Assembly: GCF_004010195.1 (NCBI RefSeq)
Contig: NC_057725.1
Span: 57,533,757 to 57,597,756 of the forward strand
DNA length: 64,000 bases
Reading direction: 5' to 3'
From: Chiloscyllium plagiosum
Taxonomy: Eukaryota
Part shown: positions 12,571 through 25,515 of the stretch, one piece after another
Layout of the letters: every line of letters begins with the position of its first letter
Position numbering within the stretch: position 1 is the first letter of the stretch
Program-made: the position numbers and the translations under genes
Notes under the pieces: generated by a model
What the model was told of the DNA's origin: nothing
The model's database searches: none
The model's input: the letters and a program-made list of their open reading frames with translations, nothing else

Positions 12571-14954
12571 GTATATTTGTAGTTTCCAGATGTTCTTCTA
12601 GTCTCTCCTATCCTACTATCTATGCTAGGGTGTACAATTCCCTGAACATATTTTATACACATATGCACCTTTTACTATTGAATTATGTGTAGTAATGCAT
12701 CTGCTATATCTTCCCTAGATCCTTTTGAAAAACATAAGTGCACTCATCTAGATGAGGGGCTTAAAACCCTTTGCAATTGTTTCATTTGTTCAAAAATCTC
12801 ATTTTTAATTTTAAACGCGTTTATCACATTGCTCTTCTCATCATTCAATACCATCTTTGTTTTTATTACGATCTATTAGGTGGATGGAATTTAAAGTAGC
12901 CGACAGGGGTCTTAGGCTGTCATGAATTTTCCACATCGACTTAATTGGAGCAGAAATGGAAAGGTGAAGTGGTCTCCTTTTATTGAGACTCTATTTGCCA
13001 CTCCCCTATTTGATTAAATGCCTCATTGTCACCAAATCTACTTTGGAAGAAGGTATTAAGTTCTGCCAATTGTTATAGGATACAGAGGAGCCCTACAGAA
13101 TACCAAGGGGCAGGTTACTTCCAGTTAATCTATCGTCCCTGGCCTAGATCACCAAGTCATTAGGTTAACAGGTACCACCACAAATATTAGGAGACATCCA
13201 AGGAGGTTATCCCTTGTCTTCATTAAGGAGGTACTCTTGCAACTTTACTATCACCTGCAGACTGACCAGTGCAAGGTTGAAGATGGTTCCGGTTGTCTTG
13301 GTAAAAGTAATTTCTATTTTTAACTTTTTTCACTGACTCCTTTCCGAATGATCTCAAGTGGAATTCATCAAATTAACCAGTTTGCAGTTTACTGCCTCCA
13401 ATAAATTTACTTGGTTGAAGTAATTCTTCCACTTGACACTCAAATGCCTGTTCAAGCCTTACTTCAGATTCTTGAGGGTATTATCTACTTTATGTAATTT
13501 AGGGAGTGCCGTGTTAATCCTATCTTCCCACCTCTCAGATGACATGTTAAAGTGAGGCCCTGTCTGCGATCTCAGTTAGATTTTATATTGACTAGTCATT
13601 CTTGCGAATGTGGGTATCATTGGTGAGGTCAGCTTTTACCACCATTTCCTAGATACCTTGAACAACTGAGGGGCTGGATGGGCCATTTCAGAGGATAGAT
13701 GATGCAGGACTGGTACCACATATAAGCCGGTCAAATAGATAGGCTTTCTTCCCTATGAGATGTCAGTGGGAATGAAAATAAAAAGATAAATAGACAGCCT
13801 AGATGCTGCACAATCTGTTGAATATTTCCAGAATTTTTAGATCTTATTGAAAGTTTGTCATTTTAATCACTCCTGTTTCTTAAAACTCTCATAGTAGTCT
13901 TTGAACCGAACAAGCCAGAAGCTAGGAATTGCATGGCAAGCAACTCACCTCCTAACTTCCCAAAACCTGTCCACTATCCGCGAGGCACAAATTAGGAGAG
14001 TGATGGAATACTTTCCTCTGGCCTCCAACAACACTCTAAAATCTTGATACCTTCCAGGTCAAAGTAGCCACTTAATTGGCACTTTATCTACCACCCTAAG
14101 CGTTTACTCCTTTCACCAATGAAACACCGTGGCAGCAGCATAGTGTATTATCCAGAACATCCACTTCATCAAGGTTTCTTCAGTAGCACCATCCAAACCA
14201 GCAACCTCTACCACCTACATTGACAAGGACAGCAGAAACATTATGATACCACCAGATTCCCTCCGACTTCCCCTTCAAACCACATATCCTGATTTGCAAC
14301 TATATTCCAAGATCAGGAGTCCATTAACTTAAGCACTACATCACCATAATCAAGATCCATGACAGTATCAAATTTATTTTCAAACCAACATACTTAATAA
14401 CAAAAAACTTTACTGCCCAGTTATTTCATTGTTATTTGTGAAATTTCAGTGCGGCATTCACTTGCTGTACAACAGGGATTATTGAACATTATTTTATTTT
14501 CTGTAAATTCCTGTATAAAATACATAGTATAAACATAATCTTTCTTTAATGACCATGACTATTTTTGATGGAAAACTATAAGCTCTCAGCTGCAGGACAA
14601 GGCTGTGAAATTTCAAAGGGATTTTTCCATATGAATATGATTATCAATGGAATCCATAAGGTTATGTGGGATTCTTTAACCATTCATGTTGGTATTTATA
14701 AATAGAGTTGTATTCCATTCAATTAATCAACAGGTAGTATGTAGCTATAATGTAGGTTGATGAAATATACCCCAAGGTTGGATAATACATCAAGATTCGA
14801 CAGATGATTACCTCAAAGGCAAAGCTGATCCTCTTGAACTGCAGTTCATGATGCGAGTGGACTCTACAAGTTGTTGTCAATATCAAATAGTTGTGGCAGA
14901 AAACACTGAATTCTGCTGTCATTACTGCTGCAACGGACGAGCCCAAAATTCTTG

Positions 14955-15272
14955 GGGTGGCACGGTGACTCAGCAGTTAGCACCGCTGCCTCACAGCACC
15001 AGGGTCCCAGGTTAGATTCCAGCCTCAGGCAACTGTCTGTGTGGAGTTTGCACGTTCTCCCCGTGTCTGCATGGGTTTCCTCTGCGTGCTCCGGTTTCCT
15101 CCCATAAGCCCAAAGATGTGCAGGTCAGATGAATTGGCCATGCTAAATTGCCCATAGTGTTAGGTGCATTAGCCAGAGGGAAATGGGATTGGGTGGGTTA
15201 CTCTTCGGAGGGTCGGTGTGGACTTGTTGGGCCGAAGGGCCTGTTTCTACACTGTAGGAAATCTAATCAAAT
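14955..15272 (+). mobile_element. HE1-type V-SINE
   Basis: tRNA head ggtggcacggtgactcag, V-domain tgtgtggagtttgcacgttctccccgtgtctgc, CR1-like tail ccgaagggcctgtttc and aatct repeats. Confidence 0.85.
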
Positions 15273-16899
15273 CAATGAATTCCATGGCAGTTCAAGGAGG
15301 ACGCAAGGTAATTGAATGTTGTGTTTCTTTTTCCATTCCCCCTGCCATTGTATCACCTCATGGTCTTGTTAATCTCCATTTAAGGATTTCACACCGCTGT
15401 ATTCCTATTTTATTTCCATTCACTGCAATCACATGTTTTTCATTTATCACATCAACACTGCGTGCCCTTTACATGTTTCCACAAGGAGCAGTCAAAAGCA
15501 TCAACTAACCATGTACAAATTGGAGGATCAATGAGCTGATGAGTTCTGACCGAGTACTGATGAGGCTTCTGCCTAACATAATGTTAGGGATTGTGCTTTC
15601 AATAGCAGAACATCTCATAAAAATGTCAGAGGCATGCAAAGAATGTAGGCGATCTGTTTTCCATGCACGTAACATTTGTTGGAACTTCACTTGTCAGTAG
15701 AGGGAGTTTGAAGACAATTTATTTATCGAAGTAGGACCATTTTAATTACACTGCATGTTTCCTTACGGCTAAAGCATTTATGATATTGTTAGGCAGATTT
15801 AGTTTCTTAGTGCATTTTGTAAAATGCCATTTCATTTCCTATCTGATAAACTGACTGTTTCTGAGCTCTGGCAATTTTAAGGATGCTACAGTTTCTTTCA
15901 GTAATACTGAGACAAAGGTGCAACATCATAAAAAAAATTCTAGACAACTTTTTTTCTTGAGTTATGTTCCATTGAGTTTGAAAGTTCAGCGCACCTTGAC
16001 TATAAGGTTGCTCTGGTGCGACATTGAGGCTGTTTCTCGGTGTACATTTTTGCCAAGGCACTGATTTTTCTTCTGCATCCATTCTATTTAACTTGCTCAT
16101 GCCCGGCCAAAGGAAGGCAGGATTTTGCTCTCCCCCAAAGGCACGTTAACCTCACTGCTCTCGGTTTGCCTGAAAATGTTTCCAGGAGGTGGGAAATGTA
16201 TCGGGCCGACTGTTCCCCCTTGGGCATGTTGACCTGCAGTAGTATGTTACCAGAATGATGGGAGGTCCATTGTCATGCAGAAAGCTTTAGCTGCACGTGC
16301 TGGTGTCAGGCAAAATGTGGGAGATGCTTTTCCAGCCTCCAGGATTATTGGATGTTTCCTCTCCAACTGCATTGTACTTCAGGTTGTCAGCATGCCTGTA
16401 GAGGCAGATGTGACCACCATGAACAATGACACTGCTGGGACTACAGAATTCCCTGTCATTCTTGCGGCTACCAGCTCTTTAAGGCTGGCCTTCCTCCTGA
16501 GAGGCTCACCTTAAAGCCAACAACACTGCGCCCAGCATTCATTTACTCTGTGTGTGTGTGTGTGTGTGTTGGGGGGGGTCAACTTTCTTCAGCTCTCTAG
16601 CTGGCTAGATGATTATCATATGGGTCCTGTAAAACCAAGCCTACAGTCTCCAATTCCAAAAGTCATTGCACACAAGTCCAAAATCAAGACTGAATCCTAG
16701 TGTTTTTGCTGCCCAGCTCTAGTCTGTGGTGCATCCTTTTTCTTTCAGGCAGATCGAAGGTAGTGAATTCTATGTGCCTTTGGGAGACTGCAAAATCCTG
16801 CCATATTTTTGCAGAACGTGAGCTGGTTACATGTAATTGGTGCAGAGTAGAGACTGTACCTCATCAAAAATGTATATAGACATTCAGGCTCAATGGTTT

Positions 16900-18500
16900 T
16901 CTTAATTATCTTTCAATAGCCATCCCTGGCCACCCTTGAGAAGGTGATGATGAACTACTGCATCATCATGGTGCTCTCAAAGAAGCTCCAGGTTATTAAC
17001 CTAGCAACAATGAAGGAATGATGAGGAATTCCATTCAGGATAGTGATTGATCTAATGGGGAACTTGCAGGAGATCGTGGTATTTCCATGCATCTGATGCA
17101 CTTGTGCTGAAGTGGAAGAGATCATGGGTTTAGAAGGTGCTATCAAAAGAACATTGGTGAGTCATTGCATTAAATCTTGTAGGTGTGTCAGAGTTGAAAA
17201 GAGTGAATGTTGAAGCTGGTGGATACAGCAGTGATGAAGTAGGCTGCTCTGCCCTTCATGGAGTCTAGCTTATTTGTTCTGGATGGTGTCAAACTTTTTG
17301 AATGTTGTTGGAGATCCAATCATCCAGGCATTTGGAAGGTTTTCCATAACAGTCCTGACTTGAACTTGGAGGATGGTCATCAGGCTTTGGGGAGCCAAGT
17401 TACTCATTGCAGAATTCCCACCATCCAAGCTGCTCTCGAAGCCACAGTATTTGCATTGTTTCTAATCAATGGTAACTCTCAGCATGTCACTGCTAAGGTA
17501 TCCATTCATGGTAATGCCATTGAATGTCAAGTGGTTGGGCTTTCTGCATGACAATGGACCTCTCATCATTCTGGTAACATACTACTGCAGGTCAACATGC
17601 CCAAGGATGTACAGTCTGTCCAATACGTTTCCCATCTTACTAGAGATAGTTATAACCTGGCAATTGTCTGGTACAAATGTTACTTGACACTTAACAGTCC
17701 AAGTCTGGACATGTCATGCTATTTGTGGACAAAGAGTCCAAAGAGTCATGAATTGTGTTGAATGTTTAAGCAATCTCCCGAAAAAATTTCCAGGAGATGG
17801 GAAATGTATAGGGCCGACTGTTTTTCTACTAGGTATAGTTATAACTAGTTAAGAGTGTTCCCTGTGATACGCATTGACTTAAATTCTGTGAGAGCTCCTT
17901 GATTCCACAACCAGTCAAATATTATCTTGACAATGAAAGTGGTTACTTTCCTATTACCTTAAGTTTAGTTTGCTTGTCCACAGATCAAGACTGCAATGAG
18001 GTCAGGAGCTAAGTGGCTCTGTCTGAACTCAAATCGAGGATCAGCGAGCAGGTTGTTACCTCATTAATGTGGGTTGATAGCACTGTTGACAGAATCTTCC
18101 ATCACTTTGTGGTGATTCAGTGTAGACTGACGGGGCAGGAATCGGAGAAATTGGATTTGCCCTCCTTCTTGGGACAAGTCAAACTTTGGCAATTTTCCAC
18201 ATTGTTGGGTGGATGCCAATATTGCAGATGTACTGTAGCCAGTTGACTAGGAGAACCAACTCATTCTGAAAAGGTACATCTGGGATACTGTCAGGGCTCA
18301 AAGACCTGAAGAAGACATTATTGCAAAAGCTTACAATCTGACCATGATGATTGACCCATACGCCTTGATTTTCTCTGCAACAGTGCACGGTGCACCTGGA
18401 AAACCCGTCAGTGCCTTGAATATTCTTTGCTGATGCTTCAGAAATTTCCATATCATCAATAGTCAATAAGGCTGACTGAGAAGATATTGGAGTGTCCCTT
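16900..18500 (-). mobile_element. Degraded LINE (SINE-B partner family), longer fragment
   Basis: Collinear with 11195-11590 and 53745-54680. Minus-strand remnant 'IGIHPTMWKIAKV' resembles the non-LTR pre-RT P..WK.A.V motif. Confidence 0.6.
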
Positions 18501-18989
18501 TCTCCATCATTTGTTCTTGTTCATTTGGGAAGTATGAGATATCAGGTAAAAGCCTCGATCTTAGTGAATGGCGAAGCAGGTTTGTGGGACCAAAGATATA
18601 TGTGGCTGCGTGATATTTGAATCTTTCAACAAGTGGTCAGGCAAACCAGAACTCTCTTGAGCTACAGCACTTCTTCCTCTGCTGTTACAGTTTAGAGTTT
18701 GTTGACAGAGAATGGGTGAAATGGGTATTATTTTTTTTCTTATTTCTATGAGTACTTCCTGTTCTATGTCTCTCCCTGGTACACTCCTGTCTTTCCTGAA
18801 AAGAGGAAAAGGAGAGATCTCTGAGAGGAAGGGAATGTGTTGAACAGATGCATGGATAGTGCTGAGGGTGACTATGAAGAAGAGGACTGACTTTGCATTG
18901 GAATGAGGGTAAATGTTAGCGATTCACATGCTGATGTGGGAGTGAAGAAATTCAAACAGAGAAATGGGTGCAATTGCATAATAAGAACT

Positions 18990-19795
18990 TGAGAGGAGTT
19001 TTAATTTAGATAAATGTGCGGTGCTGCATTTTGGGAAAGCAAATCTTAACAGCACTTATACACTTAATGGTAAGGTCCTAGGGAGTGTTGTTGAACAAAG
19101 AGACCTTGCAGTGCAGGTTCATATCTCCTTGAAAGTGGAGTCACAGGTAGATAGGATAGTGAAGAAGGCATTTGGTATGCTTTCTGTTATTGGTCAGAGT
19201 ATTGAGTACAGGAGTTGGGAGGTCATGTTGCAGCTATACAGGACACTGATTAGGCCACTGTTAGAATATTGCGTGCAATTCTGGTCTCCTTCTATCAGAA
19301 AGATGTTGTGAAATTTGAAAGGGTTCAGAAATGATTTACAAGGATGTTGCCAGGGTTTAGAGGATTTGAGCTACAGGGAGAGGTTGAATAGGCTAGGCTG
19401 TTTTCCCTGGAGCGTCGGAGGCTAAGGGGTGACCTTACAGAGGTTTAGAAAATCATGAGGGCATGGATAGGATAAATAGATAAAGTCTTTTCCCTGGGGT
19501 GGGGGAGTCCAGAACTGGAGGACATAGGTTTAGGGTGAGAGGGGAAAGATATAAAAGAGAACTAAGGGGCAACTTTTACATGCAGAGGGTGGTACGTGTA
19601 TGGAATGAGCTGCCAGAGGAAGTGGTGAAGGCTAGTACAGTTGCAACATTTAAAACGCATCTGGAGGGGTATATGAGTAGGCAGGGTTTGGAGGGATATG
19701 GGCCGGGTGCTGGCAGATGGGACTAGTTTGAGTTGGGATATCTGGTCGGCAAGGACGAGTCGGACCGAAGGGTCTTTTTCCATGCTGTACGAGTC
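18990..19795 (+). mobile_element. CR1/HER1-type LINE, 5'-truncated
   Basis: ORFs LHFGKAN...LYRTLIRPLLEYCVQFWSP and SRTGGHRFRV...VWNELPEEVV, followed by the CR1 3'UTR. Confidence 0.9.
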
Positions 19796-20212
19796 CATGT
19801 GTGCTGTATAGGAATGGGCTTTAGACGACAATATGAGGGGCACTACAGTAGGACATAGTTGAATGTGCTACTGCCTTCAGCTTTCCTGCCCTGGTTAACT
19901 CATTAAATTGTTTTCAGCAATCTGGAACTATACATCTACAGTTTGCCTCCTGTCATAGAATGATTAGAACACAGAAGGAGACCATCCAACCCATTATGGT
20001 TGTGCAGTCTCTCTGCAATAGTTTATCCCCTTCCTCCATTGTTCCCTTGAAACCCTCATTTTTTTCTCTCTAGGAGCATACCCAATTCCTTATTCAAACC
20101 ATGATTATATCTACCTTCACAGATCTACAGTCTGTGCATTCCAGATCCCAACCATTCACTGTGTACAAAGGTTTTTCCTATGTTGCTCTTGGCTCTTTTT
20201 GCAAACCCTTTG

Positions 20213-20550
20213 TGGCACGGTGGCTCAGTGGTTAGCACTGCTGCCTCACAATGCCAGGGACCCTGGTTCGATTCCTGCCTAGGGTGACTATCTGTGTAGA
20301 GTTGATACATTTCCCCCATATCTGTGTGGGTTTCCTCCAGGTGCTCTGGTTTCCTCGCACAATCCAAAGATGTGCAGATCAAGTGAATTGGCCATGCTAA
20401 ATGGCCCATAGTGTTCAGGGATGTTTAGGTTAGGTGCAATAGTCAGGGTTAAATGTAGGGTAAGGGAATGGATCTGGATGGGTTGCTCTTTAGAGGGTCG
20501 GTGTGGACTTGTTGGGCTTCCATACTGTAGGGAATCTAGTCTAATCTTAA
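20213..20550 (+). mobile_element. HE1-type V-SINE
   Basis: tRNA head, V-domain and tail as at 14955. Confidence 0.85.
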
Positions 20551-21004
20551 ATTGGTGTCCTCTGGAGCTTGACCATCCACCAATGAGAACAGTTTCTCCT
20601 CAGCTATTCTGTTCTACAGCCTACACAATTTACAACACTTTGATCAAGTTCCTCTTAACTTCTTCCTCTCAGGGAAAACCTAGTTTTTCCCCAAATATTC
20701 CAGATATATTCTAGTAAAATTATCAGACATGATTCCCTTTCATTTCTGCTTCATCATATAATGCATTTCTAAATGCTCTGCTTTGCATCCTTTATAATAG
20801 ACTCTAACATTTTCCCATTAGTTTCCATTCCTGCATGAAGTAAATTCTTCTAAAGAGTTCAAACATGTCAGGTTTTCTGCCTACTTTCCCTCTCTGTCTA
20901 TTTCTTGCTTTCTTAATTAAATCTTTGCTTCCTTAGTATTTGTCATTTTGGATCTGATTTGATCTGTCTGATTCCCTGGTCTAACTAATTCACCTTCTCT
21001 TCTG

Positions 21005-21705
21005 TGATTGCACAGTGGCAAATGCTACTGGACTCATGACCCAGACCGTTGGTTTGAGAGCGAAGTTTGAAACCCCACCAGGGTAATTAATTATTATTTA
21101 ATTAATAATTCTGAAATTGAATGCTAATTTCAGTTATGGCAAACATGACAAGTAAAATAATTTGTCATAAAACCCGTATAGTTTAATAATGCCCTTTAGG
21201 AAAGAAAATCTGCCATCATTTTCTGGTTTAGATTAGATTAGATTAGATTAGATTACTTTACAGTGTGGAAACAGGCCCTTCGGCCCAACAAGTCCACACC
21301 GACCCGCGGAAGCGCAAACCACCCATACCCCTACATTTACCCCTTACCTAACATTACGGGCAATTTAACATGGCCAATTCACCTAACCTGCACATCTTTG
21401 TGACTGTGGGAGGAAACCGGAGCTCCCGGAGGAAACCCACGCAGACACGGGGAGAACGCGCAAACTCCATACAGTCAGTCGCCTGAGGCGGGAATTGAAC
21501 CCGGGTCTCTGGCGCTGCGAGGCAGCAGTGCTAACCACTGTGCCACCATGCCGTGCTCTGCCCTATCTGTGACTCCAGACCCTCAGCAATGTGAATTACT
21601 CTTAACTGCCCTCTGAAATGACCTAGTAAGCCAGATTGTTAAAGGGCAATTACAGATGCACAACAAATGCTAGTCCTGCTATTGATAGCCACATCCCACA
21701 AGATG
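21005..21705 (+). mobile_element. Family-B SINE interrupted by an HE1 SINE
   Basis: The core is split at ctgccatcattttctggt|...|ctgccctatctgtgactccag. Confidence 0.65.
21228..21554 (-). mobile_element. Young full-length HE1-type V-SINE with (AATCT)n tail
   Basis: Intact A/B boxes, CpGs retained, (TTAGA)5 at the left end. Confidence 0.9.
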
Positions 21706-22959
21706 TGGTTCTCATCTCGTAAGGAGACAGACATTGATTCTGCCATTTGCTAAGGCCCCAGTTACCAAGTTGCTTTGCAAAAAAAATTGCAAGTGAATTG
21801 ATCTATACCCAGACAGTAGTGTGCATGATTTAAATACAGCTAACCATTCATTACACTCAGACACAACATTTTTCAGGAAGCTAAGAATTAACAGTATAAA
21901 TTGTTAATGCAATACTGTCATTTTAAGTTGCAGCAACCTTTTTTCAACAGAACGTTTGAAGTTAATGACATGAAAATGTTAAAAGTTAGCAACACATTTT
22001 CCTTTCGATAATCATTACTATTTTTCTTTGTGAACAATATTGAACAGAGTACTGAAATCAATCTTTCAAAGTAGTTATCATTCTTCCTAAGGTTTAGAAA
22101 AGGCTCTTGAGATCAATCCGCCCTGTTTTTTAAACCATGAGCACAATGGAATTATTGTGATTGTAATGAGAGAATTGTGGCACCAATTTTGCAATTTTTT
22201 TAGGTACATAAAATTTGCACTTTCACTTAGAAAGAGAACTACTGTACAAATAACTGTTACTCGACAATTAGTGTGTCAATTGTTATGTAGTTTGTTGCTC
22301 ACAGTAAATAGGCTCACTGAGGCAAAAACTAAGAAAATTGGAAAGAGATATCTGGATTAAGAGCTACCGGGTGCTAAACACTCCTGGAAAGGATGAAAGC
22401 TGGTCGATGACAGCACCAGAAATACTGCCCAAGAGCTGTGATCTTATATTACCCTTGGTCCTAACAGATAATTCTTCCTTCAGTCCTCCAAAGAGGGTGA
22501 TGAAATAACACTACAGAAAGCAAAAATGCTGCAGTTTTCGGAAATTTAAAATCAATAAGTTTAACAGCAGCTGTGGAAAAGAGAACCAGAATTAAAACTT
22601 TTCAAGCCAATAAATTCAGGAGGTGGCGGTGGAGTGGTAATATCATTGGATTAGCCCTTCAAAGAAACAAATTAATGCTGTGGGAAACGCAAGTTCAAAT
22701 CTCACCAAGGCAGCTGGTGGAATGGAAATTCGATATTTAAAAAAAGAAAATTGGACTTGAAAACTAGACAGCTTATTGTTTATAAATCGATTTATGAACT
22801 TCCTGTCGGGAAGGATATTCTTACGTAGTCTCCCATCAAACTCTGATGACTCTCCTCACAAGCAAACCACCCGGTCCAAGGGATGGGCAATAAAAGTCTG
22901 ACCATTGCATTCCATTACATTACACATTCCACGTAAGGTCTTTTTTAAAAAGCAAAAAA

Positions 22960-23267
22960 AAAGCCTGACGCGTTGAATGTGAAGAGGCCACTGAGTACCT
23001 TCCCCCGCAAGGCTGAGAGTGAGTCACCTGAGGAAGGTGGGGTTAGGGCGGGTTTGCTCCAGCCCTTTTTTTTTCCTTTTCCTGATGTCACCTTGGCCTC
23101 GCCCCACGAAGAGTTGCCGAGTGACAGTGTGAGTAAGTAAGTAAGTAAGTGAGTGAGTGTGTAGGTGAGGGAGAATCTTACTTTCGGATTGCATGGACTA
23201 ATTTAACGCGCACACCTCTGTGGCTCACTTCTGAGAGTTAACGAAGAAGCAGGAGTACGTTGTGAAG
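22960..23267 (+). promoter_or_regulatory. Putative TATA-less PKP3 proximal promoter and 5'UTR
   Basis: Local CpG enrichment. AP-1 TGAGTCA 23020-23026 overlaps E-box CACCTG 23025-23030. GC box GGGCGG 23046-23051, CRE-like TGATGTCA 23083-23090. Directly upstream of the ATG; the TSS is not visible. Confidence 0.6.
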
Positions 23268-23463
23268 ATGAACATGACGCAAGAGAGTTATTTCCTCAAG
23301 TCGGCCTTGCCCACGGACGCCCCGATGTCCACCTTGGCCATGCCCTCGGATACCCAGCTCGACCACAGGGACGGCTCCCAGCAGAAGAGCATGAGGGTCC
23401 AGGAGCAGGTCCGCACTATGCTCAAGAGTAGCAGCAGTAGCCGGGCCGGCTCAGTCTGTGGAG
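23268..23463 (+). CDS. PKP3: PKP3 coding exon 1 (MNMTQESYFLKSALPTDAPMSTLAMPSDTQLD...RVQEQVRTMLK...VCG)
   Basis: ATG at 23268 in context aagATGa (a second in-frame ATG is at 23274). Plakophilin HR2-like motif. Donor G|gtaaac, phase 1. Confidence 0.92.
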
Positions 23464-25355
23464 GTAAACACACACACTCTCTCTGCTTCTGTGTGCTTGT
23501 TTAATTGTTTGCAAAAATAAAACTTGTGATTGGCATCTTTCTCCGCTGTCACCCTTAGATACTTAAGTATTCGTCCCACAACTGTTTCTTTCCAGTCATG
23601 GTCTTAAAAAAAGAGAGTTTGATGTTCCGATGGTGTTGCATTTGCAATGTGTGTCCTTGCTTGCACGTACTGAGTCGTAGAGAATATTTGAATCTCTGGG
23701 TTTAATTTTTTTTTCAAAAATATATTAACACGCTATATCCCAAGGGAATGCTCTCTCTTTTATCCGAAACCGAGCTCAGTAAATCCCCTCAAACCGTGCA
23801 TGATCTGTATACTGACAGTAGGGAAATTTTGGGTGTGCCTCGCTGTGTAAAGTTCAGGATTGTGGGCAGATCTCATCTTGTACACAGAGGTGTCACTTGC
23901 AGGTTGTCCACCTTACCCTTTTGTTGGCAAACATTTAGTCATAACTATTTGTTCCAGATACTCTGTTTGAAATTCATATGGTAACTACATTCAATTTTCT
24001 TTCTACTTTTCATATGATCTGAACTGCTTTCTGACTTCTGCATGATAACCACAGTATGGACCCCATGTACTTTACATATGTGGAAGAACATTGCAGAACT
24101 GAATAAGAGGTGCTAAACTTGAGTCCTCATTTATATAGATCAGTCACGTTTGTCTAACCTTGTTCACCAGTTCCTTCTCAAACAGAAACTGCCCCTTAGA
24201 CATTTTTATATTTGTTAATTCAATAGATTAACAAAACTGACCAAAGAAAATTAATCTCCTTTAATAATGATGAAAACAATAGGTCCCTGTAAATTTTCTG
24301 TCACTTCTGCGGAGGGAGCAAATGCCTTGACCTTTTCTTGACAGTGTAAACTCAATTTGAAATTACAGTTGGAAAAATGCAGAGCAATGCTACTTTATGG
24401 TGTGAGGCACGTTTCAACTTATGAATGAATAGAAACAAAGAGCTGGAAGAGAACAGTGAGGGCTGTTCCATTATAGTCAGAGAGGAACTTATGAATTGTC
24501 GAGATCAACAGCTGACATCAAATATTAAAATATGTGATAAAACAATAGCTACCATGTCAAGGTTATGCTCCTGGCCATAAAATTTTCATTCTCTCCAGTT
24601 CACGCTAGAGATCTTAAATACCTATTACGATCTCAACAATGCAAAATTAAACTTGCGGTAAGCCATTTAAGTGTTGAAAATTGTATAACATGCCATTTGT
24701 CAAAGAGCATTTTGGAATTCTGATGAATCCCATACGCCTGAGATTTGCTGTAACTTTATGATGTAATTCGAAGCTCCTAAAATTTTAAAGTTTTTGATGC
24801 ATTTATGTATAAAGTATGGGAAAAGATTTTTCTCAAAACTCATGTGGAATCAATAATTACAGATGGCTTTTCATGCATTGTTTGTGTAACCTCACTATTC
24901 AGTTCCTGTCAGAATCTCTAAAGTTTTCATGATATAACCATTTGTTTTCTTCATGTGAAGACTGGTGAGCTGTTCTGGTTGTGATGTAACACTCACCTCT
25001 CCAGTTTCCTTTAAAATATGTTGGAGATACTAAGAAGAATATAGTAAATAACTTGTTGAAACAAAAACAAATTACTTGAACTCGAAAAATATCAGAAAGT
25101 TTGGTTTGTGGAGATGAGATTTTTTCAAACTGAGCACTCTCCTAGGGTAGAGTGTGTTAATATCTCTATCAGGGATTATTCTACTAATGGTGTAATATTG
25201 CTGGTGTTCTCTAAATTTTCTGTCGCTTCCAAAAACTGTGGCATCATTTTCGGCAGTCTTAATGTCAAGGGGCCTGTGATATTCAGAGTACAAGTTTTAG
25301 AATCTCACTTTCTGAATAAAATGTCTAGCTCCATTTTATTTCTATTGAATAAGAG

Positions 25356-25515
25356 ACAAATATTCGTGAAATGGTTCAGTTACTTGTCCAATTTATTAAC
25401 TGCAATCTGGAGCATGGCTGGAAAAAGTGTCTTACTTACTTGCTGCCTACTCTATCCATCAAATTAAATTTAGTGCCCCCATTGCGCAAATTCCCAGTAC
25501 TAAACTGTGAGCTCT
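25356..25515. repeat. Inverted repeat, left arm (~160 bp)
   Basis: Reverse complement of 26751-26911, with 12 substitutions and 1 indel by manual alignment. Confidence 0.9.

Noticed and set aside
1-22900. Upstream alternative first exon (PKP3b-like) or exons of a neighbouring gene
   Set aside because: Isolated TATA- and donor-like motifs (e.g. 6772-6872) have no coding similarity; this needs transcript data.
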